A DNA stretch of 64,000 nt, taken from an uncultured Chloroflexia bacterium. Its GTDB lineage: Bacteria > Chloroflexota > Limnocylindria > Limnocylindrales > CSP1-4. This document shows positions 28,146 to 38,703 of the stretch, in pieces; the stretch's first letter is position 1; every line of letters starts with the position of its first letter. A model generated the notes under the pieces. That model did no database searches, was not told the origin of the DNA, and saw nothing but the letters and a program-made list of their open reading frames with translations. The DNA lies in assembly GCA_963833225.1 (NCBI GenBank), contig CAWHXD010000019.1, positions 736,001 through 800,000 of the forward strand, given 5' to 3'. The position numbers and the translations under genes are program-made.

Positions 28146-28817
28146 TCACTTTCCAGAGGCCGCCGGCCTCGCGTCGCGGACCGGGATGTCGAGCCAGCCC
28201 TCCTGGACCGCGCGGACCGCCAGCTCGGTTCGGGAGCGGGTCGAGGTCCGCGTGAAGATCCGCCCCAGCGCGGATTCGACGCTCTTGGTGGTGATGCCCA
28301 GCGCGAGCCCGATCTCGTCGTTCGAGGAGCCGTCGGCCAGGAGCCGCACGATCTGGACATCGCGGCGGGTGAGGTCCACCGGCTCGCTGCCGAGCCTTCG
28401 CCGGTCGAACACGAGGCCGCCTGCGGCCGCCTGCCGCACCGCGCGCAGGAGGTCCTCGGTCGGGGCGCTCTTGCCGACGAACCCGGCCGCACCGAGACGG
28501 ATCGCGGAGTGGAGGTACTGCGGGTAGTCGTACGCGGTCAGGACGACGACGGCGGTCTTAGCCGCGAGCTCCTCGACGATGGCAAGCCCGTTCTCGTCGC
28601 CGAGGCGGACGTCGAGCAGCACGACATCGGGCGGGGGATCGCCGGCCAAGAGGGCGCGCGCCGCTTCGAGGTCTGCCGCGACACCCGCGACCGCGAGGTC
28701 GGGCTCGCGCGCGAGGAGCGCGGCGGTCCCGTCGCGGAAGACGGGATGATCGTCGACCACCACGATGCGGATCGTCGGAGCCGATCCGCCGGACATGGCG
28801 TCGGCACGCTCGGTCAC
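28146..28817 (-). CDS. NarL/LuxR-family response regulator
   Basis: VVDDHP, LLDVRL receiver; LTRRD..GSSNDEIG HTH. Confidence 0.9.
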   Translation of the reverse strand: MTERADAMSGGSAPTIRIVVVDDHPVFRDGTAALLAREPDLAVAGVAADLEAARALLAGDPPPDVVLLDVRLGDENGLAIVEELAAKTAVVVLTAYDYPQYLHSAIRLGAAGFVGKSAPTEDLLRAVRQAAAGGLVFDRRRLGSEPVDLTRRDVQIVRLLADGSSNDEIGLALGITTKSVESALGRIFTRTSTRSRTELAVRAVQEGWLDIPVRDARPAASGK

Positions 28818-30238
28818 GCCCTCGGTTCCTCCCACTCCAGCACAACGATCGTGCCTTGGCCCTCGCCGCGGCGCACCTCGAGGCTGGCCCCGATCTGCTC
28901 GGCGCGCTGCCCCATGCCGAGGATGCCCCGCCGCATGTCCTCCGGTGCCGAGAGGACGACGGGGGAGTCGAGCCCACGCCCATCGCCCGCGTCCTCGACC
29001 GTGAGCCGCAGGCGATCCGAGGCCGAGCGGCATCGAATGCGGACCGGCGGCCTGCCGTGGCGGACGGCGTTGCTCACGGCCTCCTGGGCGACGCGGAACG
29101 CGGCGAGCTCCACCGCGCGCGGTGCGCGCCCGTCGGCGGCCCAGTCGGCGGCGACGTCCAGGCCCGTCAGGCGCCTCACGCGCGCAGCCAGCCACTCGAC
29201 CGCCGGTCCCGCGCCCAGATCATCGAGGACCGGCAGCCGCAGGTCCCCGGACATCTCGCGGAGCTCGTCGGCGACGTCCCGGGCCAGCCGCGCGCCCTCG
29301 GCATCGTGGCGCGCCTCCAGGCTCCGGGCCAGGATGAGCAGGTCCTGGAGGGGCCCGTCGTGCAGGTCGGCCGCGAGACGCGCGCGCTCAGCCTCGCTCG
29401 CCGACAGGGCGAGGTCGCGCTGCGCAGCGGCGCGCGCCGAGATCGCGGCCAGGGGACGCACGGCCACCCGGAACGCGGCAAACACGGCCAGGGCCGCGAG
29501 CCCGACCAGCGGGAGCGCGTAGATCCACGGGACGAACAGCACGGACCCGGTGACGACGGGCCCGATGGCCACCACGAGCAGCGCCGCGTCCCCGAGGACC
29601 TCGCGAACCGGTCGGGCTCCCGGGGTCCGCCCGCGGCGCAGCAGGACGGTGAACGCCACGGCCGGCGGCCATGCCAGGACTGCGAGCACCATCAGCCGGG
29701 CAACCCACCCGGCGGCGGATGCGAACGCGGAGTCCGGTGCCGCCACTCGCCCCGCAACAGGCTCGGAGGAGCCGAATGGAAGGATGATCAGGAGAGCCGC
29801 GGCCAGGCCGATCGCGGGCACAGCGGCACGCGCGAGGTTGCCGCTGTCGCCGGGCGGGAGCCTCGCGATCGCGAGCACCATCGGGAGCGTCGCCGTGAGC
29901 AGGAACGCGCCTGCCATGCTCGTGAGGACGGGGGATTCGAGCGCGAGCACAGGCGCGAACAGCGGGTAGAGCGCGATCGGACCGACGAGCGCCGGGCACA
30001 CCCACGGGGCAACCGATGCGGGGAGCGGGTTCGGCCTCCTGAGCACCACGGCCGACCCGGCTGCCATGGTGATCGCGGTCCAGAGCACCGGGAGGCTGCT
30101 GCCGACCGGGGTCGGACCCGTCAGGAGGTACCCGGCGACGCCGACACCGAGGTACACGGCAGCAAGGAGCAGACCCGCGTCCACGCGGACGAGCGGGCCG
30201 GCCGTCGACGGGCGCGAGACCTCGGTCGCTGACGTCAT
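28814..30238 (-). CDS. membrane sensor histidine kinase (HisKA_3)
   Basis: LAADLHDGPLQ, QEAVSNAVRH; multi-TM N-terminus. Confidence 0.9.
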   Translation of the reverse strand: MTSATEVSRPSTAGPLVRVDAGLLLAAVYLGVGVAGYLLTGPTPVGSSLPVLWTAITMAAGSAVVLRRPNPLPASVAPWVCPALVGPIALYPLFAPVLALESPVLTSMAGAFLLTATLPMVLAIARLPPGDSGNLARAAVPAIGLAAALLIILPFGSSEPVAGRVAAPDSAFASAAGWVARLMVLAVLAWPPAVAFTVLLRRGRTPGARPVREVLGDAALLVVAIGPVVTGSVLFVPWIYALPLVGLAALAVFAAFRVAVRPLAAISARAAAQRDLALSASEAERARLAADLHDGPLQDLLILARSLEARHDAEGARLARDVADELREMSGDLRLPVLDDLGAGPAVEWLAARVRRLTGLDVAADWAADGRAPRAVELAAFRVAQEAVSNAVRHGRPPVRIRCRSASDRLRLTVEDAGDGRGLDSPVVLSAPEDMRRGILGMGQRAEQIGASLEVRRGEGQGTIVVLEWEEPRA

Positions 30239-30368
30239 CGGAGGTCACAGTAGCAGCGCGGCATGGGCTGGCGGCGAGTGAATCCCCTCGCGTGGCAGCG
30301 GGAGGCCACGACTGGTCACGCGGCAGCCCATCCGCCATGGTGGAGCCGTGCATGGAGGGACGCGGCCA

Positions 30369-31217
30369 GTGACCGAGACGGCGCTTGAGACCCGGGCCCT
30401 GACGAAGCGGTACCGGCGCGGCCGGGTGCAAGCCCTTGACAACGTCACCCTGGGCGTGCCGCGTGGCGCGTTCGTCGCCATGGTCGGGCCCAACGGCGCC
30501 GGCAAGTCCACTCTGATCCGCACCTTCCTTGGCTTCGAGCGCCCGACCGGCGGCAGCGCGCACGTCCTGGGCATCGACGTCCGCCGGGACACGCGGCGCG
30601 CGCTTGCGCAACTCGGCTACGTCGGCCAGGCGCCGGGGATCTACGCGGTGCTCACGGCGCGCCACCAGATCGAGGTGGCCGCCGAGCTGCGGCCGGGGTT
30701 CGACACCGACGGTGCGCTGCGGCGGCTGGCGGACGCCGGGATCCCGGACGATCGGCCGGCCGGCCAGCTCTCGGGTGGCCAGCAGGCCCAACTGGCCCTG
30801 ACGCTCGCCCTGGGCACGCGAGCGGCTGTGCTGCTCCTGGACGAGCCGCTCGCGAGCCTGGACCCGCTGGCCCGCCGGGAGTTCCTGGGCACGGTGGCTG
30901 TGGCAGTCGCAGGGGGGACCACCGTGCTCCTCTCGTCGCACATCGTGGGTGACCTGGACGAGGTGTGCGACCGGCTGATCGTGCTTGCGCCCGCGCGCGT
31001 CCAACTCGACGCCGAAATGTCATGGGCGCGCGCGCATCATCGGCTGATGCCGCTCGCGGACTCGGCCGGCATGGACGTGGTGGGCAGCTTCGCGAACCGG
31101 CGCGGCGTCCACACCGCGCTCGTGCGCACCGAGGATCCCGTAGCCGATCCCCCACGCCTGGACGACATCGTCCTCGGCTACCTGGCCGCCGGCCGCCGAC
31201 CGGGGGCCGCGGCATGA
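30369..31217 (+). CDS. ABC-2 type transporter ATP-binding protein
   Basis: GPNGAGKST, LSGGQ, LDEPLASLD. Confidence 0.9.
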   Translation: MTETALETRALTKRYRRGRVQALDNVTLGVPRGAFVAMVGPNGAGKSTLIRTFLGFERPTGGSAHVLGIDVRRDTRRALAQLGYVGQAPGIYAVLTARHQIEVAAELRPGFDTDGALRRLADAGIPDDRPAGQLSGGQQAQLALTLALGTRAAVLLLDEPLASLDPLARREFLGTVAVAVAGGTTVLLSSHIVGDLDEVCDRLIVLAPARVQLDAEMSWARAHHRLMPLADSAGMDVVGSFANRRGVHTALVRTEDPVADPPRLDDIVLGYLAAGRRPGAAA

Positions 31218-32209
31218 GCGCCCGCATCCGCGCCGGCCTGCGGCTCCAGCGGTTCGAGATCCTCGCCAGCTTCGCCGCGGGCCTCGTGCTGGCCGCGTCG
31301 GCACTCGTCGTCTGGTTCAGGCTGACCGGGCTGCATGTCGAGGGCGGGTGCTTCCCCACGTCTGCGGGCCTGGCCGGGCTCGCGCCGTGCACCTTGGGCG
31401 CGGGCCGCGAGGCGGCCATGAATGCCTTCAACGAGATCACCAGCTCGGACGCCAACTCGGTCATGCTGGCGATGGCGGTCCTGCCTCTGCTGATCGGCAT
31501 GGTGCTGGGCGTGGGCGTGGTCGCGCCGGAGATCGAGGGTGGAACCGCCCCCTCGGTCTGGGTGCTCGCCCGGTCGCGCGCGCGATGGCTGTGGGGCCGC
31601 ATGCTGCCGTCGCTGGTGGCCGCTACGGCGGTGCTCGCCCTGCTGGCCGTGGCGTCGCAGGTCCTGTGGCTGGCGCAAGAGCCGTACCTGCCGAACCCTT
31701 GGCTCAACTTCTTTGACGCCAGCCTCCACGGGCCGATCCTGGTCGCGAAGGGCCTGGCGGCCTATGGCGTGGCGCTGCTGGTGGGCGCCCTGCTCGGCCG
31801 CACGCTGCCGGCGGTGATCCTCGCCACGGCGGTGATCTGGATCGCGCTGGCTGGGACGGGCAACGTCGCCCGGAGTCTCTGGATGCAGGCCGAGGCGCCG
31901 AACCATGTCGTGGCCGCAAACCCGAATGGGGATGTGCTGGCGTTTCCCGGGGGCGACATCATGGGAGGCGGCTGGCTCACGAGCGACGGTCGGAAGGTCA
32001 CGGACGAGGAGGCATGGGGCATGGTCCCGCCAGGAGAGCCGGATCCCCTCGATTGGCTCGCCAGCCATCTTGGGAGCTACTACATCGGCGTCCCGGGCGA
32101 CCTGTTCCCGGCGTGGGACGCGGCGGAGACCGCGGGGTACGGAGCGGCCGGCATGCTGGCGGTCGGTGCGGCATTCCTGGCAGTGCGCAGGCGACGCCCC
32201 TACGCCTGA
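31214..32209 (+). CDS. ABC-2 type permease
   Basis: six TM, APEIEGGT..SRARW motif, ATGA coupling. Confidence 0.82.
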   Translation: MSARIRAGLRLQRFEILASFAAGLVLAASALVVWFRLTGLHVEGGCFPTSAGLAGLAPCTLGAGREAAMNAFNEITSSDANSVMLAMAVLPLLIGMVLGVGVVAPEIEGGTAPSVWVLARSRARWLWGRMLPSLVAATAVLALLAVASQVLWLAQEPYLPNPWLNFFDASLHGPILVAKGLAAYGVALLVGALLGRTLPAVILATAVIWIALAGTGNVARSLWMQAEAPNHVVAANPNGDVLAFPGGDIMGGGWLTSDGRKVTDEEAWGMVPPGEPDPLDWLASHLGSYYIGVPGDLFPAWDAAETAGYGAAGMLAVGAAFLAVRRRRPYA

Positions 32210-32532
32210 TCGCCGCAGGCGGGGCGCGGCGGCTGGTAGTGAAGGCCGAACCTTTCGCCTGTCGAGGTGCTTGATGGCGCCTCCAAGCGAACGGATTCGG
32301 GCTCCCACTGGGACGGGAAGTCCTTTCGCGCCGCTACCAACGCCGCATGGCAGAACGCCGGATGGAACGCAGCATCGGTGTGGCGAAGTTTCGCGGGGTA
32401 GGTGAGCGACTCGAGTAGCGCCCGCGCGGGGCGTGGCCAGGCTCGCCATGCTCCCCGGACGGTCCTGCACCAAGAGTCGGCGGCGGCTCGCGACGGCGAG
32501 TCTCACCCGCGTCCTCACAGCTCGCCGCGGGC

Positions 32533-32570
32533 TTGACAGAGACCCTGGGCGGTGTATCTTACATGGTAAG
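32533..32570 (+). promoter_or_regulatory. promoter with TetR-type operator
   Basis: TTGACA-N16-TATCTT overlapping CTTAC-ATG-GTAAG palindrome. Confidence 0.55.
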
Positions 32571-32623
32571 TCGTACGTTGTAAGGGCGCGCCGGTCGTCC
32601 CGCTGGCGGCCAGAGGAGTAGAG

Positions 32624-33325
32624 ATGGGAACGAACCCACCTGCGCAGCCCAACATCAACGGAGCGAGGGCCGTCGCGGCGGCTCTTGGCGTTTGCGTCGG
32701 CGTGTCCGGGCTGGATCACGGCCTCTTCGAAGCGCTCCAGGGCAACACGCCAACACCCGGGCTCATCGTCCAGGCAATCGGCCCTGCGCAGCGCATGTGG
32801 ATCCACGGCACGGAGGAGGCGTTCACGCTCGTTCCGAACTTCCTGCTGACGGGCCTCCTGGCCATGCTCGTCGGGTTGCTGACGATCTTCTGGTCGATCC
32901 GCTACCTCGACCGGCCGAACGGCAGCCGCATCCTCCTCCTGCTCGGCGGGCTGATGTTCCTGGTGGGTGGGGGGATCGGGATGCTCGTGTTCCTGCTGGC
33001 CGGCTGGTTGGCGGCGCGGCGCATCCGTCGGCCGCTCAGGTGGTTGCCCTCACGTCTACCGGCGACCGTGGGCAGGGCCCTCTCGCGGTCCTGGCCGGCG
33101 TCCGTCGTCGCGGGCCTTGCGCTGTACGCCTTCGCCCTCGAGGTCGCCATCGTCGGGTTCGTTCCTGGCGTATCTGATCCGGAACAGGCGCTCGCCATCT
33201 GCTGGCTCGCCCTGCTGGGCACGCTCGCCTCCATGGCGATTGCCCTCCTGGGCGCCTCTGTTGAGCCGTCCCCCGAGACGCAGGTCCAGCACGGGGTCCG
33301 AACCACGGTGGCGGGCTTGAGGTGA
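32624..33325 (+). CDS. membrane protein
   Basis: multi-TM, HGLFEALQG motif, GAGGAG RBS. Confidence 0.75.
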   Translation: MGTNPPAQPNINGARAVAAALGVCVGVSGLDHGLFEALQGNTPTPGLIVQAIGPAQRMWIHGTEEAFTLVPNFLLTGLLAMLVGLLTIFWSIRYLDRPNGSRILLLLGGLMFLVGGGIGMLVFLLAGWLAARRIRRPLRWLPSRLPATVGRALSRSWPASVVAGLALYAFALEVAIVGFVPGVSDPEQALAICWLALLGTLASMAIALLGASVEPSPETQVQHGVRTTVAGLR

Positions 33326-33900
33326 CGCGCCAGAGGCGGGAGCGGCCGCTGACCCGCGATGAGCTGCTGGACGCCGCGCTCGGGATCGTGGATTCGGAGG
33401 GCCTCGCCGCCCTGACGATGCGCCGGCTCGCAGCCGCCGTGGGGGTCGAGGCGATGTCGCTCTACTATCACGTGCCTCACAAGGAGGCGCTGCTCGACGG
33501 GGTCGTCGAGCGGATGCGCTCGGAGATGCGGCTCCCGGAGACGGCGCCCGATGACTGGGCCGATGCGCTGGAGGCCATCTTCGTCGAGTACCGGCGGGTC
33601 CTGGCGGCGCACCCCAACATGCTCCCCCTGGCGGCCCGCAGGACCAGCGGCACAGGAGCATCGGGCCTCGAGTATCTGATCGACCAGGGCGTCGTACCCG
33701 ACGACGCGGTGGAACTGTACCAGTCGCTGGTCGCCTTCACGATCGGTTACTCGGTGCTCAGCGCACCCCTGGTCGAGACGGCGTGGGCCGGCTTGCCGGA
33801 GGCGCTTGCCGAGCGGTTGGGCGAGTGGAGGGACACCACCTTCCGACGGACGCTGCGGATCGTCATGGATGGCTACCGGGCCGGGAAAGGAGAGATGTGA
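33322..33900 (+). CDS. TetR-family regulator
   Basis: LTMRRLAAAVGVEAMSLYYHV HTH. Confidence 0.92.
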   Translation: MTRQRRERPLTRDELLDAALGIVDSEGLAALTMRRLAAAVGVEAMSLYYHVPHKEALLDGVVERMRSEMRLPETAPDDWADALEAIFVEYRRVLAAHPNMLPLAARRTSGTGASGLEYLIDQGVVPDDAVELYQSLVAFTIGYSVLSAPLVETAWAGLPEALAERLGEWRDTTFRRTLRIVMDGYRAGKGEM

Positions 33901-34385
33901 TGGTGAAGACGATGGCCGGCACGCTGCCGTGGGCGGTGGTGCTGGCGGTGATCGGCGGGGCGATCTGGTGGCTGCTCTCACGGGACATGGTTGCCGGACG
34001 ATGGCTGCTCGCCGCCCTGTTCATCGGCCATGGGGTCGTCCACCTGCTGTTCGCCGTTCCCGCGCCCTCGGCAACCGACGGTGGCGCTCCGTGGCCGTTT
34101 GACATGAGCCAGTCGTGGGCGGCTGCGCGAGCCGGGCTCGATCTCGGCGTCGTCCGTGTCATCGGAGAGGTCCTGATCGCGGTCACCGTCGGCGCCTTCG
34201 CTCTGGCGGCGTTGGCGACGGTCGGCATCATCGTCCCGTCCGGGTCGTTGCAGCCGACCATCGCGCTCGGGGCCATCGCGTCGGCGGCGACGCTGGTCCT
34301 GTTCTTCGATCCCCAGCTGGTGCTCGGTCTTGGGATGGACGCGGTCCTGCTCTGGGTTGCGGTGACCCGGGCGTGGGTGCCCTGA
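33900..34385 (+). CDS. membrane protein
   Basis: five hydrophobic segments, HGVVH motif. Confidence 0.7.
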   Translation: MVKTMAGTLPWAVVLAVIGGAIWWLLSRDMVAGRWLLAALFIGHGVVHLLFAVPAPSATDGGAPWPFDMSQSWAAARAGLDLGVVRVIGEVLIAVTVGAFALAALATVGIIVPSGSLQPTIALGAIASAATLVLFFDPQLVLGLGMDAVLLWVAVTRAWVP

Positions 34386-34809
34386 GCGACCCAAGGAGGG
34401 CATTGATCCTACTCCTGCTCGTCGCGCGGATTCCTTTGCTCAGGTCGGCTCCAAGCTCTCCGCCATGAGCCTGCCCTCCGCCCGACCCCGATAGATCAGC
34501 TGCTCGGTCGTGAGGCTCACTGCGCTCGCAGGTCCGCCAGGTGGCGCGTCGCCGTGCTCGGCCGGACGCCCGCGCGAGCCGCCGCGGCGATTGAACCTCA
34601 CGGTGCTGATCAACGAGGAGATCGCGGTGCTCATCTCGGGCGCCCTCGCACCGGTGAGATAAGGGGGCCGCACTCACAGGAGACCTGCCCTCTCATCTGT
34701 GAGGCCCTTGCCCTGCCAGCGCGAGAAGCCGCCAGGGCATCCAGCCGTACTGCTTGAGATTCGCGACCGCTTCTGCATGGCGACCGAGAGGTTCGGTCCT
34801 CAAGGTCGC

Positions 34810-35580
34810 TCAGCTATCCAACCTGGGGAGACGTGGAGCCTCGGCTCGGCCCGCCTCATGGGGCGAAGCGCGCCGGAACACGAGGGCCGTGAGGATCCCC
34901 CCGGCGATGAGGGTGAGCCAGACGATGGAGATCACGATGATCTCAAACACGTACCCGCGATTGATCCCCTCCATCGCGAAGACGACGACGAGGGCGCCGA
35001 TCGACACGGCGAAGCTCGCGATGTAGAGCCAGTGAAGACTCCGCTCAAGCCGACTGGCCCCCACGAACACCCCGGCCACGCAGAGGAAGGCGAGACTCAT
35101 CAGCAGATAGCCAAGCTCCTCGAGTGCAATGAAGACGCCGTTCGGGTTGTACATCGTCAGCATCGCCCACCCATCGAGCTGCCCCTTCTCGAGGCTCGGC
35201 TGCATCACCGTCACCTGGATGTAGTAGGTGATGAGCAGGACAGCGGCGGCGATGACGCCAACGCACAGCGCGAGCAGGCTGTACGTCCTGCGGGCCGGGG
35301 GTGCGGACTCGTGGATCGCGACGAGGAGCGCCACGAAGAGCACCATCAGGACCATGGCCGGGTACATCCACAGGTAGTCCCCGGGCCACTGATCGACGAT
35401 GACCTGGCTCGTGAACGGGTACGGGACGGCATCCGGCAGCGCCGTGAGTGCCAGGGCGAAGGTCACTACGGTCAGCGCGGCAGTGACGAGGGCGATCCAA
35501 GAGCCAAATCGGCGGGCCGCCTCGGCCCTTGTCCCATCGACGGCCGCAGTCTCGTCCAATTCCACTCCGTACGCCTCCAT
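34810..35580 (-). CDS. multi-pass membrane protein (DUF4386-like)
   Basis: six TM segments; GGAGG RBS. Confidence 0.7.
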   Translation of the reverse strand: MEAYGVELDETAAVDGTRAEAARRFGSWIALVTAALTVVTFALALTALPDAVPYPFTSQVIVDQWPGDYLWMYPAMVLMVLFVALLVAIHESAPPARRTYSLLALCVGVIAAAVLLITYYIQVTVMQPSLEKGQLDGWAMLTMYNPNGVFIALEELGYLLMSLAFLCVAGVFVGASRLERSLHWLYIASFAVSIGALVVVFAMEGINRGYVFEIIVISIVWLTLIAGGILTALVFRRASPHEAGRAEAPRLPRLDS

Positions 35581-36029
35581 TCGAGCCTCCAGCAGTGGAC
35601 TTCCGCAATGCTCGACTCGAGGGAGATGACTCTCCAGTGCTCCCGAGCACTCCTGGCCTGACAAGCAGTCTGTCAACAGACGTTGCCCACGCACAAGGCC
35701 AGACCGGCCCCAACGGCCAGGGCCAGAGGCGATTGGCTGCCGACGGACTTTCAACTCAGCGGCCGTGACGACAGCGATGCAGCAGGTCCCCGACTCAGGT
35801 CTCGTCGGGTAGACGCGCAGGTCCTCCGTTTTCGGCACTACCCTCCGGCTCCGGCGGCCGCGGAGCGAGGATCCAGACGAGATGGTGGACCGACCAAGAA
35901 CGTGCGCCAGCGCGCGCTGGACCGATGATGGCGCGGAGGTCGTTCGAACCGGTGTCCGGGTCGACCGACAGGATCGTCCGATCAGCCAGGAACCGCGAGC
36001 CGGACCCGGCGCGCGCGGCGGGCGGTTGT

Positions 36030-36674
36030 CTAGGCGGTACCGCCCGTCCCGAACTGGCGGTCGCCCGCGTCGCCGAGGCCGGGCATGATGTACCCCTTGT
36101 CGTTGAGCTGGCGATCGAGCGCGGCCGTGTAGATGTCGACCTCCGGGTGGGCCTTGAGCACGGCCTCGACGCCCTCGGGTGCGGCGATCAGGTTGACGAG
36201 CTTGATCCGGACCGCGCCCCACTTCTTGAGGACCTCGATGGCGGCAGTGGCGGAGCCGCCGGTGGCGAGCATCGGGTCGAGGATCAGGCACAGGTCCACG
36301 GTGCTGGTGTTGGGCAGCTTGTTGTAGTACTCGACCGGGCGCAGCGTCCGCTCATCGCGGAACAGGCCGAGATGCCACACCTGCGCGGTGGGCATCAGCT
36401 CCAGGAACGCATCCACCATGCCCAGGCCGGCGCGGAGGATGGGAATGAAGCCGATGCGGTCGGCGAGCTCTCCACCCTGCATGACCTCGAGCGGTGTCGG
36501 GACGTCGATGGGCCGGATGTGGGCGTCGGCGAGGGCCTCGTAGCCCAGCAGCCACGACAGCTCGCGGACGACCTCGCGGAACTTCTTGGGCTCCGTCTGT
36601 TCGTTCCTCAGGATGCCCAGCTTGTGGCGGACGGCGGGGTGTTGCGACACGTGGAGGTTGGGCCAGTCAGCCAC
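36030..36674 (-). CDS. upp: uracil phosphoribosyltransferase
   Basis: [28 protein letters not shown]. Confidence 0.96.
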   Translation of the reverse strand: MADWPNLHVSQHPAVRHKLGILRNEQTEPKKFREVVRELSWLLGYEALADAHIRPIDVPTPLEVMQGGELADRIGFIPILRAGLGMVDAFLELMPTAQVWHLGLFRDERTLRPVEYYNKLPNTSTVDLCLILDPMLATGGSATAAIEVLKKWGAVRIKLVNLIAAPEGVEAVLKAHPEVDIYTAALDRQLNDKGYIMPGLGDAGDRQFGTGGTA

Positions 36675-36799
36675 GGGGATCCCTCGCTTTGATCGGGGTT
36701 CGGGCGCCATGCACCCGGGCGGCACACTCCTGCCGGTCGAGGTCCAATCGTAACGCGCGGACGGGCCGCGCGGAGCCCGGCGCGCTATGCTCGCGATTC

Positions 36800-37934
36800 A
36801 TGGCCAGCCGAACACCAAGCCGCCCGTCCCGAACCGCTGCGCCGGCACGCGCCGCGCGCTGGAATGTGCCCCCGGTGCTCGTCCGACAGATCCGCAGCGG
36901 CGTCACCGAGTCCGTCCACCGCGGGCGACGCGGTCGAGGCCGACGCCGGCGGGCGCCTGCTCCATGCCCTGGGCGATCCGGACCGCGTCGTCAACCTCCG
37001 CTCCGCCGTCAAGCCGTTCGGGCTGGTGGCCTTGCTGCGGGCCGGCGGTCAGGCGGAGTTCGACCTCACCGCCGAAGAGCTCGCGGTCATGGTCTCGAGC
37101 CATTCCGGCGAGGATCTCCACGTCCGCACCCTGATGGGGTTGTATCGCCGGGCGGGCCTCGCCCAGGCCTCCCTGGCGTGCGGCACCGACGGCCCCCTCG
37201 ACACCCTGACCGCGGCTCGTCTGGCCCGGGATGGTGAGCGACCTGGCCCCTTCCGCCACATGTGCTCGGGCCAGCACACGGCTTTCCTGCTGCTGGCGAA
37301 GATGGGTGGCTGGGACGTCGACACCTACTGGCAGGAGGACCACCCGGCGCACATGGCCTACGTGGAGGCGGTCGCGGCCTGCTTCGGGGTGGCACCCTCC
37401 CGGCTCGTGACCAGCGTCGACGCCTGCGGCGTGGCGACGTTCGCGTTCCCGCTCCGGGAGATCGCCCGGGCCTTCGCGATGCTGGCCGGTCCGGAGTTGC
37501 TCCCGGCCGCGGACGCGCGGTCATCGGTCACCCGTCACCTGGTGACCGTCCGCGATGCCATGGTTGCCCATCCGGACCTCGTCGCCGGCACGCGTGAGCG
37601 GCTTGACTCATCACTGATGAAGGCGGCACCCGGCCGGCTCATCGCCAAGGGGGGCGCCGAGGGGCTGACCTGTGTGGGGATCCTGGCGGACGCCCGCGGC
37701 CCGGGCTCGGCACCATCCGGGTTTGCTCTCAAGATCGAAGATGGCGGTGGGCACGATCGCGCCGGCCACGCGGCCGCCGTCGAGGCGCTGGCCCAGATGG
37801 GCGTCCTCGAGGGCCAGGCGCTCAGGATGCTCGCCCGCTACCACCGCCCGCCGAGCCTCGACCCGCACGGCCGGACCGTGGCCGAGGCCATCCCGTCCTT
37901 CGAGCTCGCCCCGGTAGGCGAGCTCACCGGCTGA
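36800..37934 (+). CDS. L-asparaginase II (AnsA-type), frameshift near 36920
   Basis: RSGVTESVHRG then RSAVKP, SHSGE, CSGQH, AKGGAEG, KIEDG. Confidence 0.85.
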
Positions 37935-37977
37935 GACACGCAGGGACGGGCCATCACCGTCCCGCGGAGGCACCTCG

Positions 37978-38694
37978 ATGACGTTCCAGGGAGACCCGTA
38001 CCAGACGCTCGGCCTGGCACCCGGCGCCTCCCTCAACGAGATCAAGTCGGCGTACCGGCGACTGGCCAAGCAGTACCACCCCGATGCCGCGGGCGTGCGC
38101 GCCCTGGCACGGTTCCTGGCGATCCAGGCGGCGTACGAACGACTCGTCGACGGGGAGGGGCACCTGCGTCGGGCGGCCGACCGGTCGCCGGCCCACCCGT
38201 CGCCGGCCGCCACCGCGCGGCCACGCGCATCCCGCGATGCGTGGAGGGCGCGGCGCTCCGGGAGTGGCGCCAACGCGGGCCACCGGTCCACGGACGGCCA
38301 GCCGGCCGGTCGCGCCGCGGGTTCTCGGCCCCATCGGGGGGAAGGCCCGGCCGCGGGACCACGGTCCGAGGCGCGGACCAGGGCGGCCGGTGAGGAGCCC
38401 GAGCACGCGAGGCGAGGATCCCGAAAGGCCACCCCCGGCTCCACCACCTATGACGAGGCGACCGAGATCCCGCTCGATCCCCGGTGGGAGGGCGGCGCCT
38501 GGTACGGCCCGTCGTCGGGCACGTACTGGACGCTCAATCCCCGCGAGTACGCCGATCCTCGCAAGCATGGCCCGGAGTACCTGGCGCGCGCGCGGCGGGC
38601 AACGGCCGGCGCGGATCCGGCCGACGCGCCGCCGGACGAGAACCGGGCCGAATCGTCGCGCGCCGAGGGCGAGCCCACGGGTCGAGAGACGTAG
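37978..38694 (+). CDS. J-domain protein
   Basis: DPYQTLGL..AYRRLAKQYHPD. Confidence 0.88.
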   Translation: MTFQGDPYQTLGLAPGASLNEIKSAYRRLAKQYHPDAAGVRALARFLAIQAAYERLVDGEGHLRRAADRSPAHPSPAATARPRASRDAWRARRSGSGANAGHRSTDGQPAGRAAGSRPHRGEGPAAGPRSEARTRAAGEEPEHARRGSRKATPGSTTYDEATEIPLDPRWEGGAWYGPSSGTYWTLNPREYADPRKHGPEYLARARRATAGADPADAPPDENRAESSRAEGEPTGRET

Positions 38695-38703
38695 ACTTGC
38701 GGC

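Noticed and set aside
32210-32520. tRNA or other structured RNA in long intergenic gaps (also 34390-34800, 35600-36020)
   Set aside because: No cloverleaf, T-loop or other recognisable consensus.
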